64,000 bases of DNA, taken from contig JAQGDQ010000125.1 of the NCBI GenBank assembly GCA_030141605.1, forward strand, positions 496,001 to 560,000, given 5' to 3'. Below the pieces are notes generated by a model. It had not been told where the DNA came from. It worked only from the letters and a program-made list of their open reading frames with translations, and searched no databases. Shown piece by piece: positions 11,899 to 61,400 of the stretch. Position 1 is the stretch's first letter, and each line of letters starts with the position of its first letter. The translations under genes and the position numbers were made by a program. This DNA comes from Tubiluchus corallicola (taxonomy: Eukaryota > Animalia > Priapulida).

Positions 11899-14274
11899 GA
11901 TTTGTAACAAGTAACTTGTGCCTAAATCAAAAGTCAAATTGATCAAAATTGTTGATGCACCTATTTTGGTATAGAAATTTGCAGCCACACTAAGCGAAGA
12001 GCCAAGAATGATATGTATAAAATACCAAACATTTGCAGCAATGTGTAACTATTAATTATTGCAATACGTATTGTAGCACTGTAAATTATTTTCGTTATCA
12101 AGTTTTTTCAAATACATATCAGTTTATATATAATTTCTAGGCTGTAGTTAGGCATGTAATTTTTTAATGAAATTTGCCAAAAAAATTACGTCCTGAATCT
12201 GTAAAAGTTTATCACACTCTGTCTGAAGATATCTGTTCTTCATTTTGCTATGTTTTTATAAGCAACAATACGCTAGTATAATTATATTATATTGTGTAAA
12301 TGTTATGTAAGTGTTTTGTTACTCTATTTATCTCTATTTTGAATCTCTATTTTATGTTGGAAATTGAATTGAGTTAGTAAAAGCTCAGCCTCATCAACAA
12401 TTTTCAGCAAAAGTTTAAGAAACGTGTTAAAATGGTATTCTAGTTACTTTTGTAAAATAGTATTCTAATTACTTTTGGAAAATAATTAAGTAATTAGCCA
12501 AATAATTGCTCGATTTTACTTTCGCCAATTGCTTTATACACACAATTCAGCGCTTGGGCAGTCATTCATTGACGACATCATGGCAGGAAACTTTAAAAGA
12601 CTGCCACCATCTCTTTTTGCTTTACTACATCTGCTTTCTACACAATTTCTGGGCATTTTGCACACGTATAATATACAAAAAGTTGCACAACACAAAAGTA
12701 AACTTCTGTACTTTCAACAGTTTAACAAACCGCAGCTTGTCACCACAGACAGACACAGACATGCCATAGTACTTTTCAGACAGTCATCCTCATCCTGTCA
12801 TGATGTCACTCACCAGCCGAAGCTTGGCGAGTAAAGATGCAGTACCGCAAATGTTCAATTGCTGAGATTTAACGCATTTTATTAATGAATTCACATAACT
12901 GCCATGCTGTTGCGCTATTTCTTTTTCTGCGTAAGTTGTTAATTTTCATATTTGTATAAAAAATGGCTGAGCATTTACTTTAAAGTTTGCATAATATTTT
13001 GCTGGCTGCTCACAATCGGGCGGTTTATCAAGTAAAGGTAGTTGTTGGTTTCTTTTAGTGATTGTATGAATTTCGGTTCTCCAAAAAGCTGTTGATCAGC
13101 TTGTTATTTTGTTTCTTGAATAGTTTTCACTAACTGTATTATTACATTGTCTCTGTAATACATGTATAAGTAATTGTAATCCATCCTTATTCTTTTTATT
13201 TTGCAACTTTTCATTCTCTTCGAGAGAATTTGTAAGTTTGAGCAGCTTGATTTATTTATCTATTGTATCTGTAATAAAAGTATCAAAATTAGTGCCGTTT
13301 TGCATATAATGTGCATGTATATAATATTATTATATTGTTAATGTCGTATTGCCTGCCTTGTAGTAGTTGTTATTAGAGCTATATTCATAATAAAGTTATC
13401 CGATTTTTATTTAAATCCACTTTTAAAATGTATTATTTGTTTCATTTAACGAGATGCAAAACCTCAATTAAAACGTACAATTGTGCATGTAACCTAAGCC
13501 TTCCTGTGGGTAAGACTACTTCCTAATTAAGTGACTTTTGCAATTATTGTTACATTTTGTATGATGGTACAGCAATCATCATTGCTTTCCTGTAAAGGGG
13601 TGGGATTGGTCTGATCATTTTCCTGAATCTTATTTGAGATTTTGGGTATGACTGCTGTTTGAGTACAGCAATTTTAGTAAAGTTTGTAGAAGTAAAAACT
13701 CTTGATTAAGAAACATCTTAACTGGTTTGTCAAAAGCACTGCATAGTCATAGCCATTTCTTATGGAACTCAGTTCTCAAAGCTTTGTACCTCTTCATGGA
13801 ACAGCTTCCAAGTAGTGCAATAAGAAAATGCATAGTATAGTTGCATATGAATAGACCCAGCGTTGGAAAACGTGTCTTACACAACAAGTATAAAACTGAT
13901 TCCATTCGTACACTAGTATACTATACATTTACTTGCTGCACTTGTATCATGCACCAGTCCTAATTTTGAAAGCTGAGCTTCATGAGAATTTTTTTGGCTA
14001 TTACTGTTCGACAACTAAGATAATCATTTGTCAGGTCAAAAATAATAGAGAATTGGAAAAGAATTGTTATAATGGCAGTTAGCATCTGCATCATTTTGCA
14101 TAGCAAGCAGTTTTAAGTTAAAGAAAACGTTTTTCACAAAAAGAAATGCAGATTAAGTCATATGAGTTGGCAGTAAACTTATTTATTTGGAAAACTCGCA
14201 TCATTAAAAAAGTAAGTTCGTATTAATTAAGTAATTTGTGTCAGTGGTCAAGAAGTTACACAATCCCTTAGCCA

Positions 14275-14890
14275 AGCAGACATTTGGCAGTGGACACTTG
14301 CCTTAGGCACATGTGCAATGGGCAGTTGACATTTGAGCAGCTGAAAGTTAAGCAGTGTCACTTTGGTAGTAGATAAACAGTAGTTTAAGCAGAGTAGATT
14401 TACCTACTTACGTACCTGATTGTTGCCTGTCTATCTTTAATTACCTACCTACTTATTAATTGATAATTATCCAACTATGTGCTGACCCAGCTGCTTGTTC
14501 TGTACTGTTTCATTCTGTTTTGTTCTGGCTTGCCCTGTCTGGGGCTGATCTCATCTGATCTGTTCCATTCTGTTTTTTTGTAGCCTATTGTACTCTGTAT
14601 AATAGTGCAGAGCATTATACAGAGATATATTGTACTCTTTATCCACGCACACGCATGTATATCTATATTTTACAATTAAAGTGTCGTGTAGATAAGTAGG
14701 TTAATAAGAAAGTGGCAAAATAAGTTTAGTTGAGTAGATATAAGTATGTAAGACTGGCAGTATTCCTGAAAAAATGTGCAGCAGCTGGCAATTGTATCCA
14801 TTGTTTTGCGCGCTGCCAAACAGTTACAGTCAAGTATCAACTGCCCAAATGTTCACTGTCAAAGTGCCGCTGCCCAAGTTACCTAGAGCC
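14275..14890. mobile_element. Degenerate foldback/MITE-like element with inverted subterminal repeat arrays
   Basis: The left arm repeats TTGRGCAGT-like motifs and the right arm repeats their complement ACTGCCCAA, ending GTTACCTAGAGCC. The left terminus and TSD are not resolved. Confidence 0.5.
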
Positions 14891-14896
14891 TGCACG

Positions 14897-15962
14897 ATTA
14901 CAGAAATCCACAATTGCAGCCTACATCAGTAAAACAGAAAAATAATTATTATCAATACTTACCCCTATTATTTTAGAATGTGAGTGTGTCAGCCACTAAC
15001 ACGTAGGGTTCTAAAAATAGGCATAGACAATTAGACATCTTTATTTAATACAGGAGAGGGAGCCGCAAGGTAACTAAATAATGTACTAGACAAAATATTA
15101 TACAATTTATTTTTAATAATGGCGCGAGTCTCTGCTGTACACATAATGCGCATAGCTCGGTTCAAATTCACTTTAGTTTCGTAAGAATCTAGATCGCAAC
15201 TGAGCTGAATTGGTTATTAAGAGTGCTCGTTGTGATTCATAAACGTTCCCGTGAGTTAAGAAACGAAAAGTTACAAACACCCTGTGGTTTCTCTCACCTC
15301 TCTCCACTTGTATGGGGCAAACGATGAAATCGATTACAGGTGTTCTTCAACCCTGTGGCACCTTTATTCTTCTTCAAAATTTTTTTTTTGTTTTTTTTTG
15401 TTTTGGTGTTTTTTGTTGGTTTGTGTTTTTTTTTTTTTTTTGTGTTTTTTTTTTTTTTTTTTGTTTTGTTTGTTGTGTTTTTTTTTGTGTTTTTTTTTGT
15501 TTTTTGTTTGTTTTTTTTTTTTTGTTTGTTTTTTTTTTTTTGTGTTTTCATTTGCTGTGCTATAACTTTGCTGGCTAACCTTTCACTTCCTGATATGAAA
15601 AGATTTTTTTTTGTTTTTTTTTTGGGGTTTTTCAGAGCTACTGTATCATATATTACAGAAATCCACAATTCCAGCCCGCATCAGTAAAACAGAAAATTTG
15701 TTTTCAACATTAAATTTTAATGCTTTTATTTTAGAATGTGAGTTTGTCAACCAATAAAATGTACAGTATTATAAATGATACCCAATTATTATTAATAATA
15801 GTGTGAATTTCTATGGTGAATCAAATTATCAAGACAGCTCGACAGTCGACACGAATCGAATTCACTTCCGTGACTCTAGATCACAACAGTTCTGTATTGG
15901 TTCTTAGGAGTGCTCTTGTGATCCGCAAGCGTGCTCATGAATTAATAAAAGAAGTTAAAGCC
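14897..15962 (+). repeat. Diverged direct duplication (about 14897-15278 and 15652-15962) upstream of Rac
   Basis: Colinear shared blocks: ATTACAGAAATCCACAATTnCAGCCnnCATCAGTAAAACAGAAAA, TTTTAGAATGTGAGT, AATTCACTT, TCTAGATCnCAAC and ATTGGTTnTTAnGAGTGCTC. Confidence 0.85.
15378..15625. repeat. Low-complexity T-rich (TTTG/TTTTTG) tract
   Basis: About 250 bp of nearly pure T with interspersed G. It generates the spurious Phe- and Lys-rich ORFs. Confidence 0.95.
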
Positions 15963-16120
15963 CACAATCCTTCACGCGCTAATTGGCGTCCATGTTGGGA
16001 GTGAACCTTTAAAAGTTGTGTGTGAAGTTCCGTTTTTAAATAAAGTGCTTTTATTGTCATTACGTTGCACATGCACGCTTTCAAATTGTAGTCATCAGTT
16101 TGTTATAGTAGCAAGAAACT

Positions 16121-24044
<7,924 letters not shown>

Positions 24045-24611
24045 TCATTGTTTCTTTTTGTATAGGATTTGTTAATTATAAAATGCTAATTTAATTGATT
24101 TCACATCCCTCGCAAATGCTTGGCTATAACTTATATGGATTGTGGTCAATTATTATAAGATCTTATTTAATATAATAATGAAAGCCATTTAGGCATTCAA
24201 ACATTTGGCATTTGTGTTCAGAGACCAAACAATTGTAAGACAGTTAATTATTCATTGAATACGTTAATCAGCTTGATAATTCAAGAATTTAAAGACGTCA
24301 AATGCAACCAGTTTTTTAATGAAAATGCCAAGTAATCTTTTATGAAAGTTGAGAATTGACTTTGTTAAAGTGTACATGTGTTGTCAATAGATGAATTTTG
24401 CCAAGTGTTTGACACATAATTATGATACCGTAGAGCTATAATAATGAAGTTTTTAGTGCCAAGTTCATTATCTGGGGGCATAAATGATTCTAACTGCTGC
24501 CTGTCATGGCATCATTTTAGGTGCTTGAATTTTGTTTCTTTTGGTGTAGTGCATTGGTTCTGAAAACTGATAGACTGAGATCGAATTTGTGTGATAAAGA
24601 ACACTTAGAAG

Positions 24612-24887
24612 CAGGTCCTATTTCAGTCTAAGCGAAGCGAGGCCCGGGGAAGTGGGGCGTGTGAGGCCTCCTTCGGGGGGGAAGCGCCGGGGGGCGGGCG
24701 CCACCATGTATGGCGCCCAGAAAATTTTTGAACTGCTAGAAGGCCGGAGAAGCATTTTCGAAGAGAAAATATGGAGTTATACAGTATGTTCGCATAAAGC
24801 AAAAAAATGTTACCTCGGCGCGAGGCCCCCCTGGAGGGTGAGGCCCCGGGGAAATATCCCCACTTCCACCCCCTGAAATAGGCCCTG
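24612..24887. mobile_element. GC-rich hAT-type MITE downstream of the Rac stop codon
   Basis: TIR CAGG(T/G)CCTATTTCAG and perfect 8-bp TSD CTTAGAAG (24604-24611, 24888-24895). Confidence 0.9.
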
Positions 24888-26488
24888 CTTAGAAGTGAGG
24901 TAGTGTTGAACAAAAGACTCATGTACAGTGTGTCAGTGCCTGCATCTGTCAATGATTCTTTAACAAATAAACATATTAACTGAGCCAAAGATAAGATATA
25001 GGATCATTTTGAGGATCTATTATTTCAAATTAGTTTTGTTTATGAAAATTAGTTAACAATTTCTTTAAAAAGAACTTAAAAATGGTTCTTAGCTGTTCCA
25101 TATTTCGTTGAAAACTAAATGTTTAAAGTCCCGCATCACTGAAATTCAACGTTATTTTTTCATGATGTCCTGCTGATGCTGTAAATTAGTGACGAATTGG
25201 AATGGTGCTATGACAGTGTGAGTATTAGAAATTTTTGCCCTGCTTAATATTTGTATATGATATGAATAGAGTATAAACTATACTTAAGCTGTTTTGTTTT
25301 TGTTTGTCTCATGTTTGCATGGAAATTTCTATATGATGTTACCGAATGCATAAATCTGTTCTGGCAGTGTTGCCTGACTGGCTAGCTTTTTGCAATATGA
25401 TAATTTTGTAATTGCAACTCGCTTTTTAACTTGCAGCTCAGGGCTTTTTGGAACAAAACTATTTTCGAAGTTCATTCTACCTGAAATATTTTAGTTGTTG
25501 CTATGGTTGACTAAGCTTGAGAATTGATCTAATTTAGTTTAATTTCCTTTTAAAGAAGTTTTGATCTTTAATGTTTGTTACATAAATAAACAATTGAGTT
25601 GTTTTGCTGTTTTCTTTTTATGGCCCTGTATTTATAAGCTGTTATATTGCATTTGTTTTAGTCCATTAATTATTATTGTAAATTAAATATTTGTAAGATG
25701 TAGTATCTATAGATTGCAGTTGTTACACGATATGATTGTGATGTTTCTTTAGATAAGTTTTGAAAATCACTGCAACAAGTATTACACTGTTTCAAAAATA
25801 ACAAGAATACATTGACACACGATTTGTACTTCTGTGTTACCATTTCACATTTTTATCTCTAACTGAGTGTCAAATTTAACCATTGTTGTTGTTATTGCTA
25901 CAGCAACTATTCTAGGAATTGTGTGTATGATTTTGGCACTGTTGTTTTCAATACTTGAACATTACTTTTACCGCTTGCTTCCTGGTAATGTTTCTTCTAA
26001 TATTCTGATAGGATATCTGTTACATTTAACTATTTATGTCAGAATATCTTATAGATTTTATAAATGTGGCGTTAGTTTCCTTCTGCCTTCCTCCTAGTTA
26101 CAACATTGTTTATGTTGACAGCATCATGATAGTGAAATTGAGTTGTATCGTGTACGTTTCTGCTAGTTAGCTAGTTATAATTTATAATAATAATAATTAG
26201 ACATAGGGGCGTTACTCTATGCTATGCATAATCGTTTCTCATTCAATTCATTTACATTTTCAGTTTGAATTTTCTGGCAATTTAGAACAGTGCCGTGTTT
26301 GGTATTTAGCTCTATGAAACTACTTGAAACTTTGCCACTTAGGTTGACCAAATTTTAAGAAATGAACTTCTGTATCATAATCAGTAGTCTGATAGATGTG
26401 CTTGTTGCTACTGTCAAGTTGTCAACATGACTGTAAAGTTCTTACAATTCTTTAATAAATAAACTACTTTGATAATAAGTCCGTTTTC

Positions 26489-26688
26489 TGTTGTCTATTA
26501 AGACAAATGCTCCGTCATGTTCGCATTTTTTCAGTTTTATGTCATCAAGACCTGATTTTAAAGTGTATTTACTACAGCTTAAAACACTTATGTTGTCTAT
26601 TAAGACAAATGCTCCGTCATGTATACTTTTTTTCAGTTTTATGTCATCAAGACCTGATTTTAAAGTGTATTCACTACAGCTTAAAACA
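26489..26688. repeat. Tandem duplication, 2 x 102 bp
   Basis: TGTTGTCTATTAAGACAAATGCTCCGTCATGT...ACTACAGCTTAAAACA starts at 26489 and 26591. Confidence 0.92.
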
Positions 26689-26963
26689 TTTACATTCCAA
26701 TTGAATTTGGGAACTACAGTCAGTATAGGAACTAACTAAAGTTGTGTGTCTTTGAAAACCACAATTTTTGTTATGCATAATTTTGAAAATTTCGGAAAGT
26801 TTACTCTTGAAAAGCTACTGTCTACATACAGCACAACATTGGCAATTAATTGCAGCATTTGCAATTCAACCTTTATTTCACGTTTATTAGACTTGTACAA
26901 CATGGAGGTATTTAATGTTGCTGACTAGCATTATTAATTTTTCATACGTGTCAATGTCCTTTA

Positions 26964-26981
26964 TGACCTGTAGGTGGCAGC
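26964..26981 (+). promoter_or_regulatory. CTCF-like binding motif between Rac and crumbs
   Basis: TGACCTGTAGGTGGCAGC fits the CTCF core CC(A/T)(C/G)(C/T)AG(G/A)(G/T)GGC(A/G). This is a motif match only. Confidence 0.4.
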
Positions 26982-27133
26982 TCATGCCTGTAGGTAACTT
27001 GAATTAAAGGTGTGTCAGCAGGTGTCGTGGCTTGTCATTGTTTTGTTATTTTTTGGTGTACCCGCAAAATTTTAATAAAACATGTGCATTTTTGGATATA
27101 AAGTATTGAATTGACAGTAGCTATTATTTAATC

Positions 27134-27170
27134 ATGCCACCGGGAACGTACGGTGAGGGAAAATATTTAT
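27134..27170 (+). CDS. Putative alternative first coding exon of crumbs (MPPGTYGEGKYL)
   Basis: ATG in an ATCATG context followed by a T|GTGAGT donor in phase 1, compatible with the phase-1 acceptor at 29035. Confidence 0.5.
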
Positions 27171-28534
27171 GTGAGTAGTATTATGCAATTTACGCGCTAT
27201 AGGAGCTTGGAACTCAATTATATATTTATACGATAGTCTATAGTTATATATACGTTTTACTAATTGTGAACGACAAAAACTGACCAGACTAGGACTTTCG
27301 GGCTTTCTATCTTTTACATTTAGTTAACCTAGCCATAGTTTGCTAAGTATTTATGTAAGTGATGTAGGATAATGAACAAGTAGTAAGTCCATGATGTGTA
27401 TTGCCGCAGAGTCTTATAAAGTTTTAATTGTTTACGTTCGTTTTGTTGTGAATTTAAGATGGCACAAATTGACTTTATAACATTGAGCCTCTGATACGTT
27501 CTGCAGGACGTTATGAACTTTATCTTGTGCTCATATATGTTGAGGTGATGAAAATGTGCACAAAATTGATACACAACAGCTGCTGTCTTCACTAACGCTA
27601 CAATCCCAGTCATGTCATGTGCTGGAAATATTTTTTTACATGATTAGAAAAAAATCATCTGTGTTTAATTGTATTGCTTAAATTATTATAATTACTTTCT
27701 TTTCGAAATGGCAAAACAAACAAAATATGAACAGAAATGCAATTAAGTACTGTATGGTAGTTGTATAAGAATATTATAGCAAAATCTTGTTGGTTGCATT
27801 ATTTCTATGAAGGTTATCAATGAAAAACATTTCACCAATCCAACCATTTTTGGGGCCTCTGGGCCCCAGTGCATAGTATTCCCTTTTCTGAGTGGAGCTG
27901 CCTATGCCCATCAGATACTCCATTACTACTGCAGAACTGTCAAGCCACAAGTGGGGATTTTGTAACATAATTCCAGTACAAGCCCACACTTTGATGTCCT
28001 GGGGAAATGCTATAAAACTAACAAGATCTGGAGCAATACCCAGAACTTGTGCTTTAGTAAGTTTTGAAAAATGAATTTAAAGTGATTAAATTTCATAAAA
28101 ACACATTGAAGAAATAAATTCTTGCAATTAATACTTGTAAAAGTCGTGAAATTTACTTATTTGTCCCGACTTCATTGAAGGGATCACGGGAGTTGTCTAA
28201 TTTGCTTTTGTCTTCTTGTCTTGAATACACTAGTCTGACTGTGACATTAGGACGTAATGACTAATGAGTGTAAACTAGTTTAATCTTTACGCTTTTTAGC
28301 CTGCATTCATTGTGCAGGCATTGGCATACCGTAATCATGACAAGTGGATTCTAATTACTGGTATAATGGCAGCTAGGATGTATTGAGTTAACAGCTCTGG
28401 AGACTTACCTTGTTTACCTTGACGGCTACCTTTGTGTGACCATGATTTCTTGTTTTGTTGTTAATTAGTACTTCTAGAATCTACATTGGTAGTGTTGTAG
28501 TACAGTACTGCAGTATAGTTCACAATACCCAAAG

Positions 28535-56604
<28,070 letters not shown>

Positions 56605-58446
56605 TGCAGTAATTTAAATATCAATTGTTATTTCAAACAAAGAAGTTTAGTTGAAATAAACTCTGACATGACCTGATGCAGCTGGATGCATTGTACTGTA
56701 GAGTCAGTGCCTCCTTTTTGACAACGTCTTCTTTCTTGGAGGAAGGTGTCATTCGGGTACTGTACAGTAGTATGTAGTCTTTAGTAGATTTTGTAAATAA
56801 GGTAAAATTGCTTTGAAGCATTTATACTTTTAGATAAAGTAATCACATGTAGGTAGTGCTGTCATTAAAGTAGCGCTTTAGCTTCCCCTTTTCAGTTTTC
56901 AGCTTTTGCTTCCCCTTTAAGACAAGTGGAGAAATAATTCAGATTTTCCTGATTGCATACTTTTATTTATATGTTCTAATGTGTATAAAACATTCCATGT
57001 CTAAAGGTTGTGATTTTAAAGTTGTAATTATTGTGAAGCTGGAATGGTGTAGGTGATATGATGCATTAATTGTTATAAATATGCGATGTATGTCTTCTTA
57101 AGTCATTTCTAACTTTTATTATGTGTTGTCGCATCGTGTCTTACCCTAATCATTCAAATGTAAGACTTAATCAATTGATGTACTTTTTATTATGGACTAT
57201 GATATACTAGATTATTTATTTTAGATTCTTTTTTATAATTTTAGAAATTATGCAATTGTAAACACATAATATTTCCAGTACTGGCAGCTATTTCATTAAT
57301 GATGTGCTCAGACTGTTCCATCCATATAATAATGTGTACTGTGCAGTGTATATTTATAAAAAGTGAATCTGTGGTTGTAAAGTTGTATTATTATTAAGAA
57401 AAATATCTAGTTTTTATAATGTAAAAATCGTGTAAATTTGTGGGCTTACACATTTTTAAGTAAGTTTCTTAATGGGGAACATTTAAATTTTATTGCAAAA
57501 TCAGATTTTAACATTCAGACATTCCAGTCTATAGCTTTAAGAGGAAATATAAGTTTTGCTAGTTCTATGACCAATGTTTAAATATCATGTAAATTACTGG
57601 ATTAGCTTTTTAAACATGTTAATTGACACAGAATGGTAATAAATTATTATTTTTATGGGTAATAGTTACTTTTCCGAAGTATTTTTAATCTTTTTCGCTT
57701 GGCAACTGTAATACACCTTAGCAATTTACCACTTGTTTTATTTGGCCTAATCTTTTAAACAGTTTAAATCAGAAAAAACTGGATCAAGAAATTTAATTCT
57801 CAATAATTTTGATACTTTTAATTACTGTTTGATTGACTATCAATAGTGATCTCAAACGTGATCGAACATTGTTTGTTTTTTGTTAATATTTACAAACATG
57901 GTGCCTGTATTAACAAAAATTGATTTGCCGGTACAGTGTGTACATGGGAAAATTAGCAACTTGAGCTTTAGCAAAACTTATAGATTTTAAAAAGAGAAAT
58001 TACTTGCAAAAATCAAGAGTAACAAAATATGAAACTGCTACACTCCCTTTGTGCGTTGTTTCTGTAAGGTTTAAACATTTGAAAAGGACCATTATGCTAA
58101 CTGTGAAGAGAGACAATGGAAGCGGTTACTCTGCCCTTCACTGAAATTTAATGTATCAAACAAGAAGCTTCTAGTTTTGATGATGATAGACAATTGGAGC
58201 AAGTTATTCTGCTAATTTTACTTTCCTTCATCTTTACCATTGTCTCCATATTCAGCAATCATCGAATCCATTGAGCTAACAGCTTTTCTATTTGAGTTGT
58301 TTCCACTGTAAAACACAAAAAAAAGAATGGATCAAATTTGTGATTCAAACATACACGAGTTTTCTAACACCTTCGTAATATAATATTGATAGACAAGTTT
58401 CTACATAAAATGTACTCTGGAGGTTTAGGTCTTCTTATTACAATAC

Positions 58447-61400
58447 TCACAATTTGTTGGTTGACACTGGCTCGTCAGGATCGTCAAAGAAATTAAGTAT
58501 TTCTTCCAGTTGTGCAGGTGTAAAATTATCATCATCTGCAGCAGGGGATGCTAACACAGTTGCATTTTCTCCTCCTTTAAAACTTATCTTCTTTGTCTTG
58601 TTTGCACTTTCACTAGTTTTCTTTGCATGAACAGGTGACTCTAACATCTGTTGGAGAAAGCCAAATGATCCCGTTTCAGGAGCATTGGTTTTGTCGTCAA
58701 AGCTGACTTTGTTCGTTCGTTTTTTCTGCCCCGTATCCATTTTCTTACTCAATGAAGCTGCACTGTTAACTTTCATGTCTAAATCTGCACTCAGGGTATT
58801 TCTCATGCCCTCATCATAAGAAGCGCGGGGAGAGGTTGATTTACGTATGACCGTGTCTTCGGTACTGGAGTCGCTGTCACTAGATCCAGATCTGACAACA
58901 TTGTGAGTTTCACACGTCTCGACTTCAACATCTGTGTCATCAGAGCCAGCTCTGGATGCTGGATTCAGCTTTTCCATTGAAATGCAACTCGCTTTTCCGG
59001 ATGATCGGCTGAGTTCTCCGGATTGTCTTCTGGACAAGTTCAGATCTTCTGATACAAGCAAGCTGTTACTACTCACTAAGCTCATGTTATCCATCTCCGG
59101 TGTAAGACTGGTGATGTCAGCTCTATCTACAGCATCAGCATCATTTTGCTGTCCCTCGTTCATGTCGTTCTCACATACAATTTCATCTTCATCACTGTCA
59201 TTCTGTTCTGCTAAAAAGTTTACAAGAAAGAGTGGAATAATTCATTTAGTACATTTTCGCCAATTGACTGTTCTAAATAACTAAAAAAATTATATGTGTG
59301 TACAAAACTTAAACTTACGATAACTGTTCGGAATAGCAAGATCCATTATGACTCTTAAATCTCGTACAGTTTTCTTATCACCATCAACAGCAGACAGCCA
59401 CTGCTTGCAAGCAAACTCATACTGCCTCTGTTCTGAAGCATCTACCACTATAACTTTTTCCAAGAACCATGCATGCCCTAGAAAACCATGGTTTTCAAAG
59501 TTACAACTGTCGGGATTTAGATCACGCTTTTTCATAATTTGATATTGTCATTTTCCAAATTCATTGTTACATTCAGTAAATAATTCTCTATTTTCAGACT
59601 TTGCCTAACAACTACTTGCAGGTTATTCTGTTTGCCAGTGTTATTTCAAAAGGGCATTCATTAAATTAAAATACTTACGTAATTCAGGACTATCATGCCC
59701 AATTCTGATAAGTGTTAACGGCCCAAGATGGAATCCGTTTATAGTAAATGTGTCAGTCTAAAATTAAAAATAACAACGTTTTCATCAGGTAAATAGGTGG
59801 TCTTGATAGGTGGTCGTAAATAGGTAGCGCTGTGTAAGGAACGCTACTTCATTGGGACTGGAGAAATTACTGAGAAATAAAATAAAATACAGTCCATCAG
59901 AAGTAGAACTCTGTTGGGAGATAATAAGAATTACGAAAGATCTGTTAAATGGAGTTATTTATATTATCTTGAAGAAACTATAATAAATGCGGTTGTGAAA
60001 TGAAACTTCAAGAAATGGTGTGCGATTATCCATGTGTTTAAAAAACTAACGATTCTACTTTTTCTGGTTTAATTTACTTGTGGGGACTACTAAAGTTGAT
60101 ACCTGTCCTTTACTGAACTTCCTTCGTTTCTTGCGATCGTTGTCTCGTAAACTATTTGTTAAAACAATTTTCTCAGAACGTCCTGTTTGTCCATACAGAA
60201 TGATGTGCACGTCAGTACGAGTTCCAGCTCCTATTTTTCTTCCCGTGGTCACTCGCATTTTGTATGTAGCTTTAGTGCCTTCATAGAGGATTGGTACCTA
60301 AAACATGGACAGGTGGTAGTACATGTAACTGCACTTGTACATGTAAGTACATGTATATGCACAGGTACATGTAATTGCATTTGGCATACAATTGTATCTA
60401 CGTATAGTAACTTGAAAAATAACTTTCAGTGTTAATTCGATGAGAATAAATGATCAAATTTTGAAATGAAAGGTAAGTAAAATGTATATAATACCTCAAG
60501 GGGATCTGTTTGAATTGAAATATCTTCCATTGTTCCCGTATACACCCATTTCTCTGTTTGCCTGGCAGCGTCTACCTGTCGTTTTAACATGCCTGGTGTG
60601 GCTGGGCGTGGTATCAGACGAGTGGGTTGGTCATGTGATCTCATGTTGTTCAGCAAAACCTCATCTTCGCTTACATCAACTTTGAGAATCTGCTGTCTAA
60701 ATAAAGACAGAGGGTAAGTGAGCGATTTGGAAGAAAATTGACACAACCCACTGTTCTTACATTGAGTAGTATGTATCTCATGTGATATCTACTATAATGA
60801 TCACAAACAGTTAAGAAATATTGCATCATCGAACTCGTCTGCCTTGTGTAATGGCTAAGGAAGAACTGTTAAAGATAGTGATCTTTAATAAGAGCTATAG
60901 ATTGGCGTTTTAGTGGTTGCTGCTACAAAAATACGTAGATCATTAATTTCCATCTGTATTATAAAGTAATACATATATAGTGTAATACATTATTTGCTTT
61001 CAGATGGTGGCTTAAGCTCAAAATTTGTGGGTTAATCCAAATGGGTTAGATCAACAGCATTTCAGTCCATATGTGCAACGACATGAGTAAAATACTAAAA
61101 TATATAAAATACTAAAAGAGAATCTCTAGGATTGAAATAACTTCAGTTATTTGAGGTATAGTCAGTCAGCTTGAAATGAGAAAGAGCAGGAGAGGGAGGA
61201 AAAAGACGAGGACACAACTCAAAGAAATTGCTGGAAGCACACAATTTGTCACTGAAATCACAGCACTAAATGGTTATATCAGTTGAAACCTGGGGAGCCA
61301 TTTCGTAAAAAGTGAAACATTTTTGTGACCGTACCTTAACCACTCTGGTAGACTAGATGGCATAGAAGATCCAGGTGGTGATGATATAGCTAACATGCCG

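Noticed and set aside
12506-12834. ORFs downstream of cytohesin as an alternative last exon
   Set aside because: No cytohesin similarity and no convincing in-phase acceptor. Probably 3' UTR.
15284-15687. Phe-rich and Lys-rich ORFs
   Set aside because: Artefacts of the T-rich low-complexity tract.
27329-28074. Short ORFs between the candidate crumbs first exons
   Set aside because: No recognisable domain or splice-consistent model.
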